DNA from: Parcubacteria group bacterium CG1_02_58_44
Lineage (GTDB): Bacteria; Patescibacteriota; Patescibacteriia; SG8-24
DNA: 64,000 bases
NCBI GenBank assembly: GCA_001872545.1
Contig: MNWN01000041.1
Span: forward strand, 218 to 64,217
Direction: 5' to 3'
Shown: positions 57,972 to 64,000 of the stretch, one piece after another
How the letters are laid out: each line of letters opens with the position of its first letter
How positions within the stretch are numbered: the stretch's first letter is position 1
Made by a program: the position numbers and the translations under genes
The notes under the pieces: model-generated
What the model was told of the DNA's origin: nothing
Database searches by the model: none
The model's input: the letters and a program-made list of their open reading frames with translations, nothing else

Positions 57972-59132
57972 CTACGGCCACCGCATCAGCGTAGCCACTG
58001 TCTCGTAGCCTGCACCAAGCAGCAGGACGACAATGCTGACGTAGGCCCAGACGCCGGAAATGCCCAGACGACGCTTTCCCAGCAGTCCCCGTCTGGTCAC
58101 GTTCACGTACAGCATCGCGATAATGACCGCAGTTATGCCGCCGAACACCGCACCGGTAAAGCTGACGGTCGAGATGAAGTCCTTCATGCCGAGGACGACC
58201 GCCAGAAGCGGCACGATCGCCGCCAAGAACCAGGCCAACGTCCGACGCAGGCGGTAGTCATACTCGAAAGTCGAGCGCAGGTTCAATCCGATCATGAAAT
58301 ACGACGTCGCCACGGCAAGGAAGCCGAACGCCGCCCCGAACGCAGCTATGCCGCTGCCCAAGACGGAACTCAGGCCGTCGAGCGCATCCTTGGTCGTCCC
58401 CTGTCCGGTCACGCCGTAGACTGCCAGTCCGAAAAGCGCCGTCAGGCAGGTGGCCGCCAAGGTACCGACGACTATCGCCTTCCGGAAACCGCGCCGGTGC
58501 CCATCCATGAAGTCCCTCATCTCGGGGATGGCCGACAGGCCGGAAAGCGAAAAGAGGATCACTCCGTAGGGCAGGAACAGGTCACCACGGGGAACCAGAG
58601 CCGTAAGGTTAGACAGCTCCATCCTCGTACCGGCGGCCGCTACGATGGCCAGCAAAGACACGATCAACGCGACGGTAGACCAGAAGTCAACCTTCTCGAT
58701 GAAGCCCAAGCCGAAATAAACGACCGCGGAACCGACCAGACCCCAAATGACCTGATAGTGAAACGGCGTACCGCCCAGCCAAGGCGACAGCAGCAGATGC
58801 AGGAAAATCCCGCTGACCAATATGTAGGCGACCGAAGCGCCCCAAAAACCCAAGACGAACGCCACGGCCGCAATACTGCGAACGCGCCGACCCAAAAACT
58901 TGCCGGCCAGTCCCACCAGCCGCAGTTCCTCCGGACAGGCCATGATTGCCTCGGCATAGAATAGCGACTGCAGCAGCTGGATTCCGCCCAGAATCAGAAA
59001 ATAGACCAGGGCCAGACCTACACCGACCTGACTGACGGCGTAGGGTATGCCGAAAATGCCGACCCCGATGATCGTCCCGATCAGAGTGACGGCCGCCATG
59101 AGCACCTGACGATTTCCCCCTTTGCGCCTCAT
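57972..59132 (-). CDS. amino-acid permease (HAAAP/Mtr-TnaB-TyrP-like, about 11 TM)
   Basis: VLMAAVTLIGTIIGVGIFGIPYAVSQVGVGLALVYFLILGG...; probable start MRRKGGNRQ at about 59132. Confidence 0.6.
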   Translation of the reverse strand: MRRKGGNRQVLMAAVTLIGTIIGVGIFGIPYAVSQVGVGLALVYFLILGGIQLLQSLFYAEAIMACPEELRLVGLAGKFLGRRVRSIAAVAFVLGFWGASVAYILVSGIFLHLLLSPWLGGTPFHYQVIWGLVGSAVVYFGLGFIEKVDFWSTVALIVSLLAIVAAAGTRMELSNLTALVPRGDLFLPYGVILFSLSGLSAIPEMRDFMDGHRRGFRKAIVVGTLAATCLTALFGLAVYGVTGQGTTKDALDGLSSVLGSGIAAFGAAFGFLAVATSYFMIGLNLRSTFEYDYRLRRTLAWFLAAIVPLLAVVLGMKDFISTVSFTGAVFGGITAVIIAMLYVNVTRRGLLGKRRLGISGVWAYVSIVVLLLGAGYETVATLMRWP

Positions 59133-59385
59133 GTCCGGGATTATATCTGCTTTGCGCCCGCGCTGAAACCCGACCGACCGGAACGGCTGTCCGATCAACG
59201 GCACTCAACCTCCTGTCCGGCCTGTCGAGGATGCCGGCTCCCCAGCTTAAATTGAAGCCTTATTCACCGAAAGTGGAAAAGTGGCCCACAGAAACTTTAA
59301 GCGGCACGTTGCCTACTGTCCCTGCCCGACCTACTATGGATAGGCTAAACGTCACCGGAGAACGCTCCATCGTTGCCTTTTTCCT

Positions 59386-60957
59386 ATGTCCCAAGCCGAA
59401 AGAATCCCGCCGCAAAACCTGGAGGCCGAGCAGTCGTTCCTCGGCGCACTGCTCATCGACCGTGATGCGATACTCAGGATCGCCGACTCCGTCCGTCCGG
59501 AGGACTTCTACAAGCAGAGCCACGCCGACATCTTCCGTGCCGTCCTCGACCTGCACGCCAAGCGCGAGCCGATCGACCTGCTGTCGCTGACCAACCGACT
59601 GGAGGAAATGACCCGACTGGAGTCGATCGGCGGACGGACCTACCTGACGGAGCTGACGACTCTGGTCCCGTCGGCTGCACACGTCAACCACTACGCCGCC
59701 ATCATCCAGAAGAAGGCCACCCTGCGCCGCCTGCTGGCCGCGGCCGGCGAGATCACAACTCTGGCCTTCGAGGACATCGACGACGTGGACAGCCTGCTCG
59801 ACTCGGCGGAGCAGACTCTGTTCGGCGTCTCGCAGAAGTACCTCAAGACCAACTTCACACCGCTCAAGGACGCGCTGTCCGAGGCGTTCGAGCGCATCGA
59901 CGAGCTGCACCGCGAGCGCGGCAAGCTGCGCGGCATCACCACCGGCTACCGCGACCTCGACGGGCTGCTGGGCGGACTCCAGCGTTCGGACCTGATCGTA
60001 CTCGCCGCCCGGCCTTCGGTCGGCAAGACCAGCTTCGCTCTGGATGTCGCACGCCAGGCGGCGGTCCGCGCCAAGGTGCCGGTCGGCATCTTCTCGCTAG
60101 AGATGTCCAAGGAACAGCTGGTCGACCGCATGATCTGCGCCGAGGCCGGCGTGGACCTCTGGCGCATGCGCCGCGGACAGCTGAACGACAGCGACGATCA
60201 GGGCGACTTCTCCCGCATCGGACATGCCCTCGGCAACCTGTCCGAGGCGCCGATCTTCATCGACGACTCGTCCAGCATTAATGTCATGGAAATACGGACC
60301 AAGGCCCGCCGGCTGCAGATCGAACACGGACTGGGTTTGCTGGTCATCGACTACATACAGCTGATGGAATCGCGCAGCCGGAGTTCGGACGGCAACCGCA
60401 CCCAAGAGGTCGCCGAGATCACCCGAGGGCTAAAGGGCATCGCCCGCGAACTCAACATTCCGGTCGTCGCCCTGTCCCAGCTGTCGCGCATCACCGAACA
60501 GTCCAAGCCGGCCATCCCCAAACTGTCGCACCTGCGCGACTCGGGGTCGATCGAGCAGGACGCCGACGTGGTGATCTTCATCTACCGCAAGGCCGCAGAC
60601 AAGAACTACCGCACCGAAGAGATACCGCTCGACGAGCGGTACTTGGCCGAGATACACGTAGCCAAGCACCGCAACGGACCGACCGGCGTGATCAAGATGT
60701 TCTTCGACGAAGCCCGAGTCAGTTTCCGCGACCTGGACAAGAAGTTCTCCGGCAACGACTACGCCCTACCGGCCTACAGTCCACCACCTCAGACGGTGGT
60801 CCAGCCTACGCCAACTCCTCAAGTCGTCATGGCCGCCGCACCGGCACCTATGGTCATGCCATCGCCGAGCCCGGGACAGATACCGCCCGGCAACAGCGGC
60901 CGGACTGCAGGCACCGAGGGAGCCGCCGCGGTACAAAATGCGGTCCCGGACTTCTAA
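59386..60957 (+). CDS. dnaB: replicative DNA helicase DnaB (with Pro-rich C-terminal extension)
   Basis: PPQNLEAEQSFLGALL... N-domain; Walker A PSVGKTSFAL; RecA-fold motifs; about 60 extra C-terminal residues. Confidence 0.9.
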   Translation: MSQAERIPPQNLEAEQSFLGALLIDRDAILRIADSVRPEDFYKQSHADIFRAVLDLHAKREPIDLLSLTNRLEEMTRLESIGGRTYLTELTTLVPSAAHVNHYAAIIQKKATLRRLLAAAGEITTLAFEDIDDVDSLLDSAEQTLFGVSQKYLKTNFTPLKDALSEAFERIDELHRERGKLRGITTGYRDLDGLLGGLQRSDLIVLAARPSVGKTSFALDVARQAAVRAKVPVGIFSLEMSKEQLVDRMICAEAGVDLWRMRRGQLNDSDDQGDFSRIGHALGNLSEAPIFIDDSSSINVMEIRTKARRLQIEHGLGLLVIDYIQLMESRSRSSDGNRTQEVAEITRGLKGIARELNIPVVALSQLSRITEQSKPAIPKLSHLRDSGSIEQDADVVIFIYRKAADKNYRTEEIPLDERYLAEIHVAKHRNGPTGVIKMFFDEARVSFRDLDKKFSGNDYALPAYSPPPQTVVQPTPTPQVVMAAAPAPMVMPSPSPGQIPPGNSGRTAGTEGAAAVQNAVPDF

Positions 60958-61069
60958 AAATAGGGAGCTGCAGAGACGAAGTGCCGTCGACATCCAGCCG
61001 ACGGCATTGACTGTCGGCCTCGAGTACGAAACCATGAAGGCACAAAACACCTAAGAACCAGACAAACGT

Positions 61070-61363
61070 ATGTTCAACAAGCTCAAGCAGGTCAAGGATC
61101 TCCGCGACAAGGCAAAACAGCTGCAGTCCAAACTGGGAGAGGTCACAGTCGAGGGCTCGGCGGCCTGGGGCAAGGTCCGCATCGAGATCGACGGCAACCA
61201 GTCGGTCAGGAAGATCGACATCAGTCCTGACATGATGTCCGACCGCAGCAAACTGGAGGATGCGCTCCGTGAGGCGTTCAACGACTCGGTCAAGAAGGTG
61301 CAGCGCAAGATGATCGAGGTAATGAAACAGAGCGGCGACCTGAACATTCCAGGGCTGCAGTAG
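61070..61363 (+). CDS. ybaB: nucleoid-associated protein YbaB/EbfC
   Basis: 97 aa, MFNKLKQVKDLRDKAKQLQSKL... Confidence 0.85.
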   Translation: MFNKLKQVKDLRDKAKQLQSKLGEVTVEGSAAWGKVRIEIDGNQSVRKIDISPDMMSDRSKLEDALREAFNDSVKKVQRKMIEVMKQSGDLNIPGLQ

Positions 61364-61372
61364 GGCAAGAAA

Positions 61373-62032
61373 ATGAACAACTTTCCAGAACCGATCGGAC
61401 GTCTCATCGACGAGTTGGGCCAGCTGCCCGGCGTCGGGCCGAAAACCGCCGAACGCTACGCCTTTGCGCTGCTCAAGAGACGTCCCGACGACCGCGAACG
61501 TCTGGCCGAAGCCATCATGGAGGCCGGCGGATCGCTGACTGCCTGCTCCACCTGCGGCAACTATACCGAGAGCGACCCCTGCAACATCTGCTCTGACGCC
61601 AGACGCGACCGCGGAGTGATCTGTGTGGTCGCCACCGAACAGGACCTGCTGGCCGTGGAACGCACCAGGGAATTCGGCGGCCTCTACCACGTGCTCGGCG
61701 GTCGCCTGTCGCCGGCCGAGGGACTGACGCCGCGCGAACTGAACGTACGGCAGCTGGTCGCCCGCCTCCAAAACTCGACCGTCAGGGAGATCATCCTGGC
61801 CTTCGACCATACCATCGAGGGCGAATCGACCATGATGTACCTGACCAGAACGGTAAGCCAGTTCAATGTCCGGGTCACCAGGCTGGCGCGCGGCCTGCCG
61901 ATCGGCAGCGAAGTCGGCTATGCCGACGAGATCACCCTGACTGACGCGCTGAAGGGCCGCAGCGAGATACGAAGCGGAATCCCTGCCGTGCCGACCCAGA
62001 CTCCCGCAGTCGAAGAAAAACTGCCGACCTGA
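61373..62032 (+). CDS. recR: recombination protein RecR
   Basis: HhH LPGVGPKTAERYAF; zinc finger CSTCGNYTESDPCNIC; Toprim domain. Confidence 0.9.
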   Translation: MNNFPEPIGRLIDELGQLPGVGPKTAERYAFALLKRRPDDRERLAEAIMEAGGSLTACSTCGNYTESDPCNICSDARRDRGVICVVATEQDLLAVERTREFGGLYHVLGGRLSPAEGLTPRELNVRQLVARLQNSTVREIILAFDHTIEGESTMMYLTRTVSQFNVRVTRLARGLPIGSEVGYADEITLTDALKGRSEIRSGIPAVPTQTPAVEEKLPT

Positions 62033-62086
62033 CGAAAAAAAGAAAAAGGGGTCATGGCCGACCGGCGATGTCCCCTCTCCAGACCA

Positions 62087-62112
62087 AAAAGTCCGGCGCG
62101 CGCCGGACTTTT
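62087..62112. terminator. perfect palindromic bidirectional terminator between recR and rplU (AAAAGTCCGGCGCG|CGCCGGACTTTT)
   Basis: Seen in sequence. Confidence 0.75.
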
Positions 62113-62117
62113 CCGTT

Positions 62118-62438
62118 TTAACCCTTGACTTCCTCGATACGAATCTCGGTGAAGTGCTGCCGATGGCCGGCCGCCTTGTGGTAGCGGACCTTCGGCTTGT
62201 ACTTGACCACCTCAATCCTGCGGCTGCGGCCCTCACCGAGGACCACCGCGCTGACCGAGGCACCGGCCACAGTCGGTGTGCCGACCTTGGCTTCCTTGTC
62301 GTCCTCGTCCGCAACCAGGAGCGGTTCGAAGTTCAGCCTGTCGCCTTCCTTGGCTTCCAGTTTCTCTATCCTGATGACGTCTCCCGGCTTGACGATATAC
62401 TGCTTACCGCCGGTCTCTATAACTGCAATTTGGGCCAT
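62118..62438 (-). CDS. rplU: 50S ribosomal protein L21
   Basis: MAQIAVIETGGKQYIVKPGDVIRIEKL... Confidence 0.9.
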   Translation of the reverse strand: MAQIAVIETGGKQYIVKPGDVIRIEKLEAKEGDRLNFEPLLVADEDDKEAKVGTPTVAGASVSAVVLGEGRSRRIEVVKYKPKVRYHKAAGHRQHFTEIRIEEVKG

Positions 62439-62482
62439 AATATTTTGCTTGGAATGCTTTTTTGGGGCTAAGCAGGAATACT

Positions 62483-63016
62483 TTAACGCAAGCCGCCCAA
62501 CCTGTCAACGTCAGCCGTAGCCGACTGCCCCAGCCTGATGTCATGTCTCTCGATGAAACCGGCCGGCACCTCCAGCACCGCTCCGGCGGGCTCGAGCGGC
62601 GTGAAGACCTGCGGCGGCTCGCCCTCAGAAGGCGGCAGCAGCCCGTAGCTCAGGTCGACGACCTGCCCGTCCCGGATCCAGATCGCCTCGATCGGAAACC
62701 TCATGTCCTTCATCCAGAAGGCGTATTTCTTCGGTTCCGAAAACAGAAACAGCACGCCGGCATCCTCCGGCAGGCCGGCCCGACCGGACAGTCCGCGCTG
62801 GCGAGTCGAATCGCTGGCCGCAACCTCGACGTTCACCGTTACGACTCCGTTAAGAATTACCTGCCCATGCCCAAAACCGTGCTGCTGCCAACGGAGCAGC
62901 AGCGTCGCCACGGCCAGGACGGCCAACGTCGCCACGGCGATGGTGCCGCGCCAGCCGACCGTGCGGATCGACGAGAGGATGGGCCGATAGCTATCGTCCG
63001 AATGTCTTGTCGTCAT
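62483..63016 (-). CDS. DUF192-family protein (COG1430)
   Basis: N-terminal TM, then ...LFLFSEPKKYAFWMKDMRFPIEAIWI... typical of DUF192. Confidence 0.55.
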   Translation of the reverse strand: MTTRHSDDSYRPILSSIRTVGWRGTIAVATLAVLAVATLLLRWQQHGFGHGQVILNGVVTVNVEVAASDSTRQRGLSGRAGLPEDAGVLFLFSEPKKYAFWMKDMRFPIEAIWIRDGQVVDLSYGLLPPSEGEPPQVFTPLEPAGAVLEVPAGFIERHDIRLGQSATADVDRLGGLR

Positions 63017-63971
63017 CTGTCGTCAGGCTACTTTTGGAAATCGCATTACGCTGACGGACTATCATCAGCAGGGCCACGCCGGCCAAAGCCAGACTGCCTA
63101 TCAGTCCGAGTACGGCGACCTTCTGCGGTCCGTGCAGCAGCAGCGTCGAGGTGCCGAATGCCGCCGCCAATACCCAGTATAGCAGTACGGCCTGACCGTG
63201 CGGTACGCCGCTGTCGACCAGCAGGAAGTGCAGATGGGACCGGTCGCCTCCGAACGGCGACCTTCCGTGCAGCATCCGCCGCACCACCACGACCACCGCA
63301 TCAAACAGCGGCAGGCCGAGCACCAGCAGTGTCGTGGCGATCTTCCCGCCCGAGATGATGGCCAGCGTGCCGAGCAGGAAGCCGGCCAACGTCGATCCTC
63401 CCTCGCCCAGAAACATGCGCGCCGGATGGAAGTTGAAGACCAGAAAGCCGGCGAACACCCCGGCGATCGCCAAAGCCAGAAGGGCGGTGTCGGTCTGGGC
63501 CACGTCGCGCGTCAGGCTGACCGCAGCCACGACCAGACAGCCGATCACCGTCACGCCGGACACCAAACCGTCGAGTCCGTCCAGAAACTTGGTGGTGTAG
63601 GTCAAGGTCAGGAGCCAAATCATGGCGAACAGGTCCGCGAGCAGAGTCAGACGATACGGAATGCCGTCGAACCAGAGGACGGTAGTGGTGATCCGGTCGA
63701 GCTCGATCAGTCCGCCGAACGGATTGGTGACGTAGGCCACGCCGACACCGCTCGCGATGACCGCGGTCACGGCCAGGAGCGGCCAGATCAACTGACGTAG
63801 CGGCTTGAGATTGAAGCGATCGTCCAACGCACCGCCGAAGGCCAGAAACGACGCGGCCGCGATGATGCCGACCAGGTACTTGGCCTTGATATGCGAACCG
63901 TTGAACAGTCCGAGCGACGACATGACCACGACCGCTCCGACCAGGGACAGATAGATGGCAAAGCCGCCCAA
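62991..63971 (-). CDS. polyprenyl-phosphate N-acetylhexosamine-1-phosphate transferase (WecA/MraY family); the N-terminus may extend past the window end
   Basis: Polytopic; ...FNFHPARMFLGEGGSTLAGFLLG... and the RRMLHGRSPFGGDRSHLHF motif region are typical of the WecA/TagO family. Confidence 0.75.
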   Translation of the reverse strand: MGGFAIYLSLVGAVVVMSSLGLFNGSHIKAKYLVGIIAAASFLAFGGALDDRFNLKPLRQLIWPLLAVTAVIASGVGVAYVTNPFGGLIELDRITTTVLWFDGIPYRLTLLADLFAMIWLLTLTYTTKFLDGLDGLVSGVTVIGCLVVAAVSLTRDVAQTDTALLALAIAGVFAGFLVFNFHPARMFLGEGGSTLAGFLLGTLAIISGGKIATTLLVLGLPLFDAVVVVVRRMLHGRSPFGGDRSHLHFLLVDSGVPHGQAVLLYWVLAAAFGTSTLLLHGPQKVAVLGLIGSLALAGVALLMIVRQRNAISKSSLTTDDDKTFGR

Positions 63972-64000
63972 AAGCGGCGTCGGGGTGCGATGCTGTTTTC

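Noticed and set aside
59205-59385. Possible DnaA boxes or oriC upstream of dnaB
   Set aside because: Only a single weak TATCCATA-like match is seen and no AT-rich unwinding element. There is no dnaA or dnaN nearby, so this is not an origin.

Overview
This 64-kb window is high-GC bacterial DNA (most genes read at roughly 58-62% GC) with dense coding, mostly housekeeping, and genes on both strands. It contains gltX, clpB, lexA, a priA-like gene, def-fmt, a cell-envelope polysaccharide cluster (GT2/GT4 glycosyltransferases, a Wzx flippase, a GT2 fused to an O-antigen-ligase-like domain), and the ribosomal 'alpha' operon block infA-rpmJ-rpsM-rpsK-rpsD-rpoA-rplQ-rplM-rpsI. It also contains alaS, mnmA, secDF, secA, hpf, murB-murC, an Elp3-like radical-SAM/GNAT enzyme, glyA-folD, dnaB, ybaB-recR and rplU. 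Several features are reminiscent of a small-genome uncultivated lineage, possibly CPR/Patescibacteria-like, though that is only an inference. These features are RpoA without an alpha-CTD, AlaRS without the C-Ala domain, a PriA homolog lacking the Walker A/B helicase motifs, SecD carrying an inserted parvulin PPIase domain, and basic N-terminal extensions on S9/S11/IF-1. Accessory content sits in two clearly lower-GC insertions. The first (about 3430-5340) is a 1.9-kb unit bounded by 21-25-bp inverted repeats. It carries an IS1595-family transposase, a tRNA-Ser(UGA), a 110-bp palindromic/MITE-like element and a small winged-helix-like ORF. The second (about 42760-44900) is an island with a blasticidin-S-deaminase-like cytidine deaminase next to a complete IS5-family element with 24-bp terminal inverted repeats. 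The candidate functional module judged most worth follow-up is a minus-strand operon encoding an orphan VirD4/TraG-like type-IV coupling ATPase. This ATPase lacks its own membrane anchor and has a Cys cluster plus a long disordered tail. It is preceded by a 2-TM membrane protein and a GCS2-type carboxylate-amine ligase. A second candidate is a nucleotide-sanitation cluster of a DNPH1/Rcl-like N-hydrolase, a MazG-like protein, a Nudix hydrolase and Ppa, together with an 11-residue-repeat coiled-coil protein. Other observations include a textbook CIRCE operator in front of clpB, an in-frame TGA splitting a metzincin gene, a frameshifted DUF1385 gene, a triple zinc-ribbon-repeat protein translationally coupled to folD, and several small self-contained transcription units. 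All coordinates read by eye carry about +/-2 nt uncertainty; the ORF-track coordinates were taken as authoritative.
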